Origin: Octopus vulgaris
Lineage: Eukaryota
Direction: 5' to 3'
Assembly (NCBI GenBank): GCA_951406725.2
Contig: OX597822.1
Coordinates: forward strand, 75,702,001-75,766,000
Length of the DNA stretch: 64,000 bases
Shown here: positions 12,018-25,920 of the stretch, one piece after another
Layout of the letters: the number at the start of each line of letters is the position of its first letter
Position numbering within the stretch: position 1 is the first letter of the stretch
Made by a program: the position numbers and the translations under genes
The notes under the pieces: generated by a model
Told to the model about the DNA's origin: nothing
What the model saw: the letters and a program-made list of their open reading frames with translations, nothing else
Databases searched by the model: none

Positions 12018-12485
12018 TATATGTACGCAGACATATAGACATATAGATATGAATACATGTATACATAAACATACCTATACATACATATATGTATATACAT
12101 ATATATATATTTATACACACACACACACACACATACACACACATATATATAGATGTTCATAAAAGACAGAAACAAATTTTATCTCTCAAATTTCATTTAT
12201 AAGATATTGGTAAACCTGAGAAAAGACTTGTTTCGTTGGATCGAAACCAGTGATTTATTAAACACACACATACACATGCACACATAACACACACATACAT
12301 ACATACATACATACATACATACATACATACATACATACATACATACATACATACATACATACATACATACATACGTACGTACATACATACATATATACAT
12401 ACATACATACATACATACATACATACATACATACATACATACATACATACATACATACATACATACACACATACACACATATATA

Positions 12486-13110
12486 CGAGCTAGTATCAAA
12501 AGGTTTCTGGACAAGTTACGTTTAATAAAAGATAACTTATTTACCAACATTTTAACATAATCTCCTTCGAAATAATCACCTTGCGTAGTATTACACCAGT
12601 CCCAGCTTTCCTGACGCTGTTAGAATTCGGTCAGAAATTCGTTTCCCTTAAGCAAGTCGATGACATTCTGTGATTCACTGTGGATCTCAATAAAAATGTT
12701 AAAATGGTGACCTTTGAACTGCTTTTTCATTTTGGGGAAGAGAAGGAAATCCACTTGTACTAAATCTGGCGAATGCGATGATACAGGTGCGATATGTTGT
12801 CTTTGGCGAAAGACTCGCGAATGAGGAGAAATCGGTGACCGGGTGCATCGGAATCGTAAAGAGTCCAATTCTTCGCGCCCCGCAGATTCGGTCGCTTTCA
12901 CTGAATATTCTCCCTCAAACGCTTCAAAACGTCGCCTTAGAACTCCCAATTGATGCTCTGGCACTGGGGAGCGAACTCTCGATGCGCAATACCAAATTCC
13001 CGGTGTTGGCATTCGTGGCAGATCTCCCAGATCACTCATCATCTTCCAGGGACGTTGTCGGTGAGCATCTAAATGCACTTCTGAACCCTATTACCTAGTT
13101 CCAAACAACC
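12486..13110 (-). mobile_element. Internally deleted mariner remnant
   Basis: TA-cgag...atcaaaaggtttc terminus; minus-strand peptide HSPDLVQVDFLLFPKMKKQFKGHHF (YSPDLAPxDF-like) and DLPRMPTP (HTH-linker-like). Confidence 0.8.
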
Positions 13111-13241
13111 GCATCGTTGAAAAGTGCGTAGGAATTATAATAAGAACATGCGTTTATACTTATGTCTCCTAATGTATGCGTGTGTGTGTGTATGTATGTA
13201 TGTGTGTATATGGTTATAGATATTGATATAGCTATATATTG

Positions 13242-13622
13242 TTATATTTCGGGATAATCATTTTCTGTTTCTTACAGATAAATACATGCATAATACATTC
13301 GTTCCTCCTATTTTATTTTCCTTCTTATTTTATCTTATATCTGCAAAGTTTTCGTCACACATCTGTGACCTCTTCAGCGAGTCTTCTATCACATGTGTAC
13401 CTTCCTGTTCTGTGTAGTCCATTCTACCTTTATCTTTCTTTAGAAAGACTGAACAGGATGATGCACCTGGGACAGAACGGTCGCTGAACAGGTCACAGAT
13501 GTGTGTCGAGAAATTTCCAGGCAATGGACATAAAAAGAGAACAATAATAAACGCGTGAAAAGCGGATGTATAGTGCATGTGTTTATTTGGCAAGAAAAAG
13601 AAAATGACTTTCCTGAGATATA
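13242..13622. repeat. Diverged palindrome (arms 13242-13410 and 13451-13622) with hammerhead-like cores
   Basis: acacatctgtgacctcttcagcga pairs with tcgctgaacaggtcacagatgtgt. Minus strand reads CUGAAGA-G-GUCACA(GAUG)UGUGAC-GAAA. Confidence 0.8.
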
Positions 13623-13673
13623 AAACACACGATTCCACATGACATTAGGAATGTTGCAATACAAAATCATAAA

Positions 13674-13767
<94 letters not shown>

Positions 13768-13890
13768 TCACACTAAATTCTTTTTAATAGAACATTGTAG
13801 CAGTACCAGATATCTCTTTCCCCTGTTTTATTGCATGTAAAGTACGTATGTATGTGTGTATATATATGTATATGCATATATATATGTATA

Positions 13891-13932
<42 letters not shown>

Positions 13933-14013
13933 CATTCGTGTGTGAGTGAATGTGTGCGTGTCCATGTCTCGAGAGAGAGAGGGTTGCTCAAAGATACCGA
14001 CAGAGAGAGAGAG

Positions 14014-14062
<49 letters not shown>

Positions 14063-14579
14063 TGCATACATATACATTTATATTCATATACAAACATTTA
14101 CATATAGCATCTATTAATGGCTTGGAGTTTTAACTGCCCTTTCTAGTGAGTCAGATGTCCTATTATTGGTCATCTTTTATGTGTTTAAATGTACACTGTA
14201 TTTTTCTATGAATAATATATAGTCTATTGATTAAATTTTTCCACCTCGCTAGACCACTAGTAACATAGAATTTTTCTATAAATATTTTTTGCTACCCCAA
14301 GATTTTTTAATTAATGATATACAAACATTTACATATACATATATGCATTTATATATATGTATGTATATTTGTATGCATATCTATGTGTATGTATGAATGT
14401 ATACATGTATGCAAGTGGGAGAAGCATGGTTATTCAATGCCCAAAACACTCACGAATACAAGACTGATAACAGACGCAACGGCTCAGCATGAACGCTAGA
14501 CGTATTTTAAATTATGATCTTTCTACACTAACACACAAACACTAACGTCACGAAAGTAGCTACTACGACTACTTTCGCC

Positions 14580-14900
14580 TCGATCTTCTGCTCCACACAT
14601 AACCTTAGCCATACGGTGAACAATCCACTATGTTCCTTTTTATTCTTTATCCAACATCATCACAAAATTCTCATGCTTCAATGAACAAAGCAAGAACACA
14701 TCTAAAAGCTTCAAATATCTCCATATTCAAGAAAGCAGACTGGCTGTTTTAGACACTGTGGAACTACATCCAGCAATGTATTTATAGATGCCGCCCCGAA
14801 ACACATCCTACAAGTTTTGTTCCATAAAAATACAATGTAAATTACGCAACAAAAATAGCTAAATTTAATGAAGGCTCGGGGTAGGAGGAAACTCCAATGC
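14580..14900 (+). pseudogene. Very old LINE fragment (endonuclease-RT linker region)
   Basis: ttcaagaaagcagactgg = FKKADW, followed by DAAPKHI, typical of the post-APE linker in non-LTR ORF2. Confidence 0.4.
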
Positions 14901-15039
14901 AGTAGAACAAGGCTATACATAAGAGGAATAAAAATCAACATTAAATAACCAGACGAGAAAATGTAAGAAAATGGAATAAATTAATAAACAAAAAGAGAAT
15001 TGGATAAACGCTTTTCTTTTTGTTTTTTCCAGCATATCT

Positions 15040-15290
15040 TTCATCTTTCGTCTTTAACTTCTTTGAGTTAATGAACTGCGGCCATGCTGGAGCGCCGCTT
15101 TTTTTTTTAGGATTTTAGGCGAACAGAGTGACACTGATACTTATTTCCAAGTCTACTACTTACTCTATCGGTGTCTTTTGCCGAACGACTAAGTAGTGGG
15201 GACGTAAATAACCAACACTGTTTGTCAAATGGTGGGGCATGGAACAAACACAAAGAGACACACACATACATCTATACACACTCACAGACG
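15040..15290 (-). mobile_element. SINE family A, 3' half
   Basis: actgcggccatgctggagcgccgc..ctatcggtgtcttttgccgaac. Confidence 0.75.
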
Positions 15291-15683
15291 CACACATACA
15301 TACATGCATACATACATACATACATACATACATAACATACATACATACATACATACGCTGAACTGCTTAGAAATCTGCACATACTCTATCCAGATTACAA
15401 GTTCAGGTTTATGCTTGTAGATATTGAGGCAGTGGTATATGTAACATACTACATAAATACCACTCTTGAGAAATTTGGATTCTCAAAACCAGAAACGAGA
15501 AAGTTGATTCGAAGACTACAGATCTAAGCCTTCACTGGAACTGTAAAAATCTGTGAAATTTTCCTGAAGTTTATCATTTATGTATGTGTGTATGTAGGTA
15601 ATTATTCACTTTATTTCAAGATTATTCGCCAATAGCAATAGAGCAAACCGGCTCTTTCTCTAAATGGCATACATACATATATA

Positions 15684-15916
15684 TATTTCTTTACTACCCA
15701 CAAGGGGCTAAACACGGAGGGGACAAACAAGGACAGACAAAGGGATCAAGTCGATTACATCGACCCCAGTGCGTAACTAGTACTTAATTTATCGACCCCG
15801 AAAGGATGAAAGGCAAAGTCGACCTCGGCGGAATTTGAACTCGGAACGTAACGACAGACGAAATACGGCTACGCAGTTCGCCCAGCGAGCTAATGTTTCT
15901 GCCAGCTCGCCGCCTT
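15684..15916 (-). mobile_element. SINE family B, full length and young
   Basis: Close match to 54977-55205; flanked by duplicated catacatacatatatat. Confidence 0.88.
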
Positions 15917-16484
15917 ACATACATACATATATATCCATACATACACACATACATATAAACAGATAGACAGGCAAAAAGCTACCTGTACCTTTTATAAAAT
16001 AAACCTATGAAGTGTATGCGATAAATCTTTCAGAGTATTTGATTTTCAAGACAAATGATTACAATGACGTTCTTCTCACCAAATATGTTAAACACATACG
16101 ATATTCCCTCACCTCTCAAGCCATTCATACCTCTCAAGCCATACACACTGCATGGTTATGGCTGTGTGCTTAAGAAACTCGCTCCTCAGCAATGTGATTC
16201 CAGATTACGGATGAGGACAAGAAAGGTAGGTGTCATTTCCCACAATGCAGAGCCGACCAAATAATGGAGAACTTGGAATGTCCATAAATGAATAGTATTC
16301 CTTTTTTGATGACTGACTTAGTATGACACTTAGTCTGTCCGTTCACTCTTTTATAAAGAACTGAAAAAGAACTCTGGAGTTGGTCATAAATTTTTCCCAT
16401 CCCCTCATTAGACTTCGAGGACCCGAAAATGGTCATGAACGCACTCAAATTCTCGCTAATCAATATACATGTTTTGCGGCAGGT

Positions 16485-16524
16485 AAGGACATATGTTTTG
16501 GCTAATCTTTAGTCTCATCAGCAC
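16485..16524 (-). ncRNA. Degenerate minimal hammerhead motif
   Basis: Minus strand: CUGAUGA-GACUA(AAGAU)UAGCC-aAAAC-AUAU-GUC. G12 is mutated to A and stem I is poor; loop 3 is palindromic. Confidence 0.45.
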
Positions 16525-16948
16525 ATTATTCTCCCCATTCTGTTTCATGAGTTTTAAACAACTGATAACGAATTAAAATAATTCAGTACCTTCTTGGCTG
16601 AGTATAAAGTTTCCGAAGTATGCTAATCTAAAAGTGAATGTATTCTTTAAATCATCCCCGCTTCTAATTTAACATTGATAACGATTGCTGATGAGTCTTT
16701 ATTTCCGTAGTCTCATTTTGATTGAAATTTTAAGTAATTTAGAATTTGGCATGTACATCATTAAATTTACTCTCGTCGAGATATCATATGATACATATAT
16801 GAATTGTATGTATGTAAGTGTATCGAAATAAATATGTATCTGCGTGTATTTGAGTTTATTAAATATACATATAACCATATACATACATATGTAAAGATTT
16901 AAATGTTTATATAGACAATATACATAGATATTTACGTACATACATATG

Positions 16949-16983
<35 letters not shown>

Positions 16984-17048
16984 GTATGTAGGTATATACA
17001 TACATACATACATATATATATATATACATACATACATATATATATATG

Positions 17049-17124
<76 letters not shown>

Positions 17125-17273
17125 GTAGTGGTACAACAAAGCACCAATGTTTACTGGAAATAGCAGTCGATACATTTACGACGCTATAGTAAAGCTTTAA
17201 TGTGTATATACTGGTGGCAAAGACGTGTGAGAGCAGCAAACATAAATAAATTTGTCTTACCTCTAGAAAGAAC

Positions 17274-17382
<109 letters not shown>

Positions 17383-19053
17383 TATAAACCTTTCTTTTAT
17401 ACATATAAGTATGTGTATTTATATATATGTATTTTTGTGTGCACTTATTTATATACGTGTATGCATTTTTAGGAGTATATATGTATGTTTTGGCCTGTGT
17501 GTGTTTGAGCATATCATTTATAATTCGACCACTTAGTTATTTTAAGTGTCGCATAATAATTTTTCTTATGCTAAATCTCTATTTTAGATTCTTTGAAAAC
17601 ATGGATTTCCGTGTGAAAATGATTTAATTTCAATAGAATTTACTACCGATTATCATCATCTCGATCGCTGATGATTATTGCAAAGAAATAAGGACGTTAT
17701 TGCAGGGAGATAAGGACTGGCATATATTTTGTTACACCGCAGACGCTTTTATGGTGCCAACTTGTGAAACGAAATCCATTATACGGATACGAACGCAAGA
17801 CGAACGTATTGGAAAATATTACTTTGTCTGTTGCAATAGTTTTGTGTCAACATTTGAATATAAGCTTTTTGCTGTCGGATGCTGAACATCCATTTACTAA
17901 CCTCATTTAACGTAACCACTGGTCCGTAATACAGATCGAACTGCAATTGTGCTGGTTTTTCTCAATTGCTTTATCACTGCCTTTGTTTTAGAGTGATTGA
18001 GGAGTAGGCTATGGGTCGACTTTCAGAATCAATGTTATATCAGATCAAAATATAAAAATAAAATCTCAAACTCATACTTTTTTGTATATTTCACCAAAAA
18101 TCAATTACCAAATGTCGATTTTGGAAAAAAACAAAAAAAACAAAAAACAAAAACAAAAGAAATAGTAATCTTTAGTGAATATTTGTATTCGATATTTTTA
18201 ATTCCAGAAGTTTCTAAAGCACGAAAAAGATTTCATTCTTTTGTGGAAATATGAAAGTGGAAAAGATAAAAAAAGACATCGAAAGGAAAAAGACGGTAAT
18301 GGAGGATAAGAAGGTAAAGGAAAAACTATGAATGAAAATGTGTGTGAAGTGAGAGAGTATGACAAGTATGAAATTTTAAAGAAATAAAGATACGTGGAGT
18401 AAAATTATATGGATGGAAAAAGCAAAGCTCAAATAAAATGATTCAAGTAAATGGTATAGCAATATGGAAGCTGCTAAGCTTAATTTCCCCAACGTCCTGG
18501 GATTAAAGAATAAGATTAAGAAAGTCTTCTACAGTTTCGAGATTCAGCTACGCCTCTCTGCGTGTACAACATTGATCAAAAGGACTCAAAGACTTTCTAG
18601 AAGAAAGAAACTAAAAACAAGTAATATTACTCAAAATGAAGCAGAACTGCAAAGTGCGAAATGAAAGCGTAACTTTGAATTTAACAAAGAAAATAAGATG
18701 AAGATATTAAGACATTAAAAATGGAAGGAAATGAAATATAAATAAATTTAGGGAAAATATATGAACAAGGAAAATACGACAATAGAGAATCTCAAAATAG
18801 AAAGCTGTATTGATGAAAAATATATATATATGATAGAAAAATCTTTATGATATGTTTCGAATGCTAATCCTAGAACTGAAATGGCATGAAATAAAGAGAA
18901 GAAAGAAACGGAAAAAAAAAACAGAATTAAAAAAATATGGAGTTTGTTTTATGTTTCATTTTTTTTTGTTTTAAGACTTTTAGAAAATCCCGAGAGGGAA
19001 CGTTTCATTTAATGCCAAATCCAAATTGATCAATTGTTAACTTCATTTTGTAG

Positions 19054-19083
19054 ATTCTTCAAACATTCCAGTTTTGGCCATGC
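19054..19083 (+). other. Candidate 30-nt micro-exon
   Basis: tgttaac branch-like motif, cttcattttgtag acceptor, consensus donor C|gtaagt; contains gccATG. Confidence 0.4.
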
Positions 19084-19372
19084 GTAAGTTCTGTTTTTAC
19101 CCAATAATTATTGTATAGAATACGAAATAGAACAATATCGGGTGTCAGTGGAATACAATTATAGCTTCCGACATTTTGTAGGATACTTTTTCAAGTCTTG
19201 TTTAGTCGTGTATATAGACTTTTCGCCATTCTCCTTTTCAACCATATTCATGTATATTTTTTCCACTGCATATAATACCAAGTTTGATGTTCAGTATTTT
19301 TTATTTATCTTCCTATATTGTCTTCTCTTTATGTTTTTTTTTATCTTTGCACAATTGAGTATTTTATATCAG

Positions 19373-19389
19373 CTGTGAACATTCGAATG
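19373..19389 (+). other. Candidate 17-nt micro-exon
   Basis: Long T-rich tract 19300-19350, atatcag acceptor, exon ctgtgaacattcgaatg, strong donor ATG|gtaagt. Confidence 0.42.
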
Positions 19390-20162
19390 GTAAGTGTTAG
19401 TTATAGAAAAATACTAATTGGTACGAGTTTGCTTTGATATACTGAATACGAACATCACATCATATTCAGCATGACTAAATTTTCCATTGATATAAAAGTA
19501 TATCTCCAACAGTTGTTTCTTTTATACATATTCAACATATGGGCCTACATTACTTCTATTTTTAACCTCACACGGTATTTTTTCTCAGTTCACATTTACG
19601 AATTTTTACTGTCATTATTCCCCCTTATTTGATTTGCAACAATCGCGAAAATCACTTCATTATCTTATATTCGCATACAATTTTTATTATTCATCATTAC
19701 TAAATCAGGTACGAAAATCTACAATAAGTAGCATTTCGGAAGTAATTGCACGGAAAACAGAATTTCTATCTCAGTTTTGATTACCTCAGCTTGACTGGCT
19801 TCAAAAACAGCGTTAATGCATATAAGCAAAACGATGCTTCCTTCCCCAAAACAATAAAGACACAAAGCAATCATTTTTTCCCTCTAATTTCTTCTTCGTC
19901 CGTTGTTTTAGATGTTATTATTGTTGTTTTAACCCAGATCAGCCTTGATTGAACTGATACATGGTCAAAAGTGTTGCAACAATAAATTTTATGTATTTTT
20001 AATTCACCTACGAACAGATGACCTGTTGTGTTTTTGGAAGGAAGTTAAGATTGAAGGAAAAATTGGCTGCTTTCATTAGTAGATCGAACGACCGACCGTG
20101 TATAGACTCACTCGTTGGTGAAGAAGAGTTACGCACACGTAATACATATACATATATCCACA

Positions 20163-20241
<79 letters not shown>

Positions 20242-20243
<2 letters not shown>

Positions 20244-20556
20244 TTGTTGTTGGCATCCTTTTGTCTCAGGAGAGAATGGAGTTGCGCATAAACTAATCCA
20301 GTCTGTTTTTTACATTTCATGTCCTCTCCAGTTTTGCGCAGGCCTGGGCTAGATATAAGAAAATCCTTGGTAGGCCAATCGTCAGGATTCCTCTCTCGGC
20401 CTTGAAGCCGAAGTCCAAAGGAGTGTCGAGTCGAACACTAAACCACCTACGGGGCTCCACTCCGGATTTCTTTGAAGGTCATCTCTTTTCCGTAACCCTG
20501 GATAGGGGCCTATACCGGGTACTGTCAACAGGAGCCAGCTGAGCCCGGGACTCGTG

Positions 20557-20557
<1 letters not shown>
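20242..20557 (-). mobile_element. Short RTE-derived non-autonomous element inserted in (TA)n
   Basis: Minus strand has aaatccggagtggagcccc (RTE 5'UTR-like) and ends gcgcaactccattctctcctgagacaaaaggatgcc(aac)n, an RTE-like 3' tail. Confidence 0.6.
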
Positions 20558-20626
<69 letters not shown>

Positions 20627-20629
20627 TTA

Positions 20630-21440
20630 TAGGTGGACAGATATATATATATATATACAGGCTAAATTTGATGTTGTTTTACATCTCCTTTTATCAGGAA
20701 CTGCCTGAAATATTGGTGAACAGTCAACGGTGTTGGAGGGCATACAGATTAAAGTTGTAGTTGAGAGAAAGCTAATGTGGAGGAATTGTAGCTATGTGGA
20801 AATTGAAAAACAGTTACTTGTATCGCGATGATTCGCGTCGCGTATCAAAACGTAGACATCATAATTACTGCTGAATGCTCTGTGAATACTGTAAAGATTA
20901 TACAACATGACAGATATAAAAACCAAGTCACTCCGAACTGTAAAGTGTCTTTGGGTGTATCTCCAGTAAGAGTGACGTCAAACCACCCCTAGACTTTCAA
21001 TATAGCTTTAGGCTCAATTCAGACGGCCCATATAAAGCTACTGGGGAGGGTTGCTGCTGGAAGGCTATATGTGTTGCAGCAAGATTTGATACTCTTTCAT
21101 ACCTCTGGAAAAAGTCAGAAATAGTTGTCAGAGAATTTCTACGACTTCGCTCGCCCACATTTCTGGCCTCATAATTCTCGCAATTGTAAATCCATGGATT
21201 ATGATGCTATACATATGGGCACAGTTGAGAAAGACACCAAATGCTGTACATGTAAACGACAAAACCTAACAGATGGTCAAGATCCAGGAGTGTTTGAAGA
21301 CATCCCAGAGATGACGGCGAGGAACGCATGCGCCACGTTCCGGAAGTGTCTTAAGGCTGTGGTGGAAACTGAAGACGGATAGTTTTCATAATTTGTTATC
21401 TCACAGCCACAATTTAGTTAGTTCTTTAGTTTTAATTTTC
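20630..21440 (+). mobile_element. Degenerate maT/DD37D-like Tc1-mariner relic
   Basis: VFGCISS..DVKPP, QQD, FWPHNSRNCKSMDY (WPPNSPDCNPxDY-like), RKCLKAVVETEDG; same family as 25921-26826. Confidence 0.7.
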
Positions 21441-21634
21441 TAAAATCCTTTTAATTTTTGATGCGCTGGTTTGCTTTCTTTCCCTCTTTTATGCAAAATG
21501 TCAAAGTCATCTCAAACACTCTGTATACATATAAACATATACAGACATATCTATGTATACGCAAACACTCACATGTGTATATATATATGTATATATATAT
21601 GTATATATATATGTATATGTATACATATATATAC

Positions 21635-21702
<68 letters not shown>

Positions 21703-21704
21703 GC

Positions 21705-21735
<31 letters not shown>

Positions 21736-21767
21736 CATATATATATATACATATATATATACATATA

Positions 21768-21835
<68 letters not shown>

Positions 21836-21851
21836 CATACACATATATACA

Positions 21852-22266
21852 GGCGTAGGAGTGGCCGTATGATAAGTAGATTGCTAACGAACCACATGGT
21901 TCCGAGTAGAGTCCTACTGTGTGGCACTTTGGGCAAGTGTCTTCTACTATTGCCTTGGGTCGACCAAAGCCTTGTGAGTGGATTTGGTAGACGGAAACTG
22001 AAAGAAAACCGTCGTATATATGTATATATATATGTGTGTGTGTATATGTTTGTGTGTCTGTGTTTGTCCCCCCCCAAGATTGCTTGACAACCGATGCTGG
22101 TGTGTTTACGTCACCGTAACTTAGCGGTTCGGGAAAAGACACCGAAAGAATAAGTACTAGGCTTACAAAGAATAAGTCCTGGGGTCGATTTGCCCGAATA
22201 AAGGCGGTGTTCCAGTATGGCCGCATTCAAATCATTGAAACAATTAAACGAGTAAAAGTCTAAAAG
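21852..22266 (+). mobile_element. SINE family A, full length
   Basis: ggcgtaggagtggccgtatgataag..gccttgtgagtggatttggtagacggaaactgaaag..gtaaaag tail. Confidence 0.9.
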
Positions 22267-22413
22267 AGATATATATCTATATATACATATATATATATAC
22301 TTATATATATATGTATACATATATATATATACATATATATAGGCGTGTATATGTATATATATCTACTTATATGTATGTATATATATATATATATCTACTT
22401 ATATGTATGTATG

Positions 22414-22465
<52 letters not shown>

Positions 22466-23551
22466 CTTATGTATACATATACTTATAATGTATCATGTGT
22501 GATAAGTAATTTAGCGATATTAAAGTGTAATAACAATGGATAAAATACTATAGATGACCGTATTTATATGTATAAATTGATGCGACTACATGGTGGGCTA
22601 GAACTATTAACGTAGACATGCAAAATATATAACTCAGCGTGTGATGAACTCATATACACATGAACACACATACACACACGTACACATATTTATGCAAATA
22701 TATATACACATATAAGCAGAAATATATGAATACACACACACACACATATTCATATATACAGACGCATATATATGTATGTGCGTGTATATATATTTATTAA
22801 TATATATATATGTGAGTCTGTGTGTGCGTGCGTGTGTGTGTGCGTGTATGTGTGTGTGTATGCATATGTATATGGAGACAAATATTGTCCTGAAAGTCGA
22901 TGATAATGCAAATATGTTGTGTTGGATTACGTTAAGAAGACATATATATTAAGAATGGGCAAGGGCGTAATGAGGTTGTGTTCCAAAATATCGTTGTTAG
23001 AAGAAAATTAAAGTAGAGAATTGAGAAGAGAAATGATGGCGAACAAACATAAGAGGAACAGATATGAAGAAAAACTAATGTGAGATTTTTTGGGGGGACT
23101 CCCATGCATTTGAAGGCTTTGTTGGAAAAATTTCATGTTCAGTTTCGCAACAGATTTTTCTCAAATCGGTTGTATCCGACGATATTCTCAGATCTACTGC
23201 TCAAATAAGCGCCTTAATTATGGTTCTCTTATGAGATTATCTTTTCCTCGCATCTGCATTCCCTCCCTCGGTGGTATTTTAGTCTCCTATTCATTGTTGA
23301 TGTAGTGATATAACGTAACATCTTATCTTCAATTTCCAACAAAATACATTTTCGAACAACGCGAAATTATCTGGATCGGTCAAAGAGAGAATAACACACT
23401 TCTAGGGTCAAGGGGTTATAAAACTAAATTGGAGCAAAAGACGCTGGTACATATAATTCACATACATTGAACAATGTATACATACATACATACATACACA
23501 TTTACATACATACATACGTACATACATACATACATACATACATACATACAC

Positions 23552-23606
<55 letters not shown>

Positions 23607-23899
23607 CACACATATAAGCAAATCTATAGACGTCACTAAAGTGATAGAGAGTCCTGAATGGTGCCGGCAATGCTAAAAATAAGAGTAAAACAACTCATTA
23701 GTCACAATGACCTATCTTAATGAGTGACATTATGCATATATTAAAGAGTAAAAGTACGAAAAATTATATCATAAAAATCGCCGTAGAGATACGTCCATAA
23801 TATAAACAATATACTATTAATAAATAAATATATAATGCAAAACTATGATTAATTAAGAAGATTTGTGAGATCTTACGATCCTTTCATGAATGTATTACT

Positions 23900-24150
23900 T
23901 TTCGAAATGAAATCGCTAGGTCGTGTGTTTAATTCCAGGGGCGAACAGCGCCTTGTGTTCTTGAGCAAAACACTTCACTCCACTTTGGTGGGTGCTCTGA
24001 CATGTGGCACACTGTACCATCAATGCACCTCTACCTGTACCATCAATGTGGATTTGATTGAGGGGAGTGAGCTTATAAGCGGCACAAACTTCTTATCACT
24101 ATAAACAAATTATTTCTGCAGGTCCATCGGCAACATCGAACACTCAGACG
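23900..24150 (+). mobile_element. Degenerate tRNA-derived SINE (related copy at ~29222-29420)
   Basis: ttgtgttcttgagcaaaacacttcac core and ..gagtgagct.. shared with 29222-29420. Confidence 0.5.
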
Positions 24151-24199
24151 TCGTGTTCAACGGGAGAGTCCATTATGTATGTATATACGTATGTTTGTA

Positions 24200-24238
<39 letters not shown>

Positions 24239-24576
24239 TATATGTATGTTTGTATTCACTCGGAGCTGGTGAGTCGCTCCATGGCCACTCCTCTTTCCAC
24301 GCTCGACCCAGCCCTTCGAAAGACAACCCCACCCCCACCGCCCCCGTTGAATGATAGTGATGGAGTAAATTATAGGCTTCGAGCGCAGGAAGATAATCCA
24401 TTACAAATGTTGGGTACATATTTGCAGATTGTTTGCTCAAACAGATGCACACATTTATGTGCGCATCTGTGAGTGTGCACAGATCTAAATACATAAGTAC
24501 ATACACACACACATATATATATATATACGCACATAATTTTGGTGTCTATTGATTGATATGTACATACATATATTAC

Positions 24577-24614
<38 letters not shown>

Positions 24615-25245
24615 TATATACACACACATATATATATATATATATACTACATGCCTCTGACTATCTTACTATCTATCTGTATATATGTATATACATATAT
24701 ATATACACATAAGTGTGTATCAATATGAATGTATGCACAACGCACACACGCACACACACACATGTATGAAGTCTTTTTTCCTTCTAATATCATATCGAAG
24801 TGAATTCGGTTATTTAATATCGAAACGATGCATGAATATATTGTATTTTTCACTTGCACAGAAGGCGGAGGCGTTGGTGTGTATATGTGTGTGTGTGTGT
24901 GTGTATAAAGGGTGTGGCGTACTTGATGATCGACTATTCAATATCAATATCTTGACGCAGTATTTCGATATATTTAATAATAAACGGAAATCATATTGAA
25001 ATGCTGTCATAAAAACACATTCTATATCCCGAATTTATAGCCGAGGTTTGAAACCCAACTGATAACTTGATCACACTCGTTTGTCACGAAAACGTCATCT
25101 CTAATCTTGTTACCGGTTGGTTAAATAATAGAAAGTTTCTTTCATTAAAATGATATCGAATCCATGACGATTCACCAAGAAATATTATTAACTAAAGCGC
25201 ACAAAGGACATTTGTTTGCAATATAAATACGGATATATATATACG

Positions 25246-25434
<189 letters not shown>

Positions 25435-25708
25435 GAGTGTGACCATGTTGTGAAAGAGTCCACCGTAAGCTAAGTATCCATCACTTTCGTAAATTTTCTG
25501 ACGTCTACTGGTGCAAATACACAGTTGAACGTTATTCGGAAATAATTGAAGTGTGCTCCATCATAATCTTCGTAGTTCCTTTTGCAATCTCATAGTCACA
25601 GGTTTAATTCCTCTGCAGATCAAATTCTGGCGTAATAGTGGGTCATTGAAAGCCTTATGTGGAAAATCTGTTACGTGTGCATGTTTGTATGTATGCCGTA
25701 TACATACA

Positions 25709-25744
<36 letters not shown>

Positions 25745-25872
25745 CATGTGTGTGTGTGTGTATGTGTATGTGTGTGTGAGTGTGTGTGTGAGTGTGTGTA
25801 TGTATATATATCTGTGTATGTATATATATATATGTGTGTGTGTATGTATATATATATATATGTGTGTGTGTG

Positions 25873-25920
<48 letters not shown>

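Noticed and set aside
16688-16740. CTGATGA..GAAA as a second hammerhead (also 6335-6346, 17668, 57544, 60606)
   Set aside because: No convincing stems I-III or UH triplet; such heptamers are expected by chance in AT-rich DNA.
17895-17945. Possible minus-strand exon (FDLYYGPVVTLNE|gttagt)
   Set aside because: The acceptor lacks a polypyrimidine tract and no supporting neighbouring exons were found.
23090-23400. Possible additional mariner 5' remnant on the minus strand
   Set aside because: Too decayed for a diagnostic motif or TIR pair to be shown.
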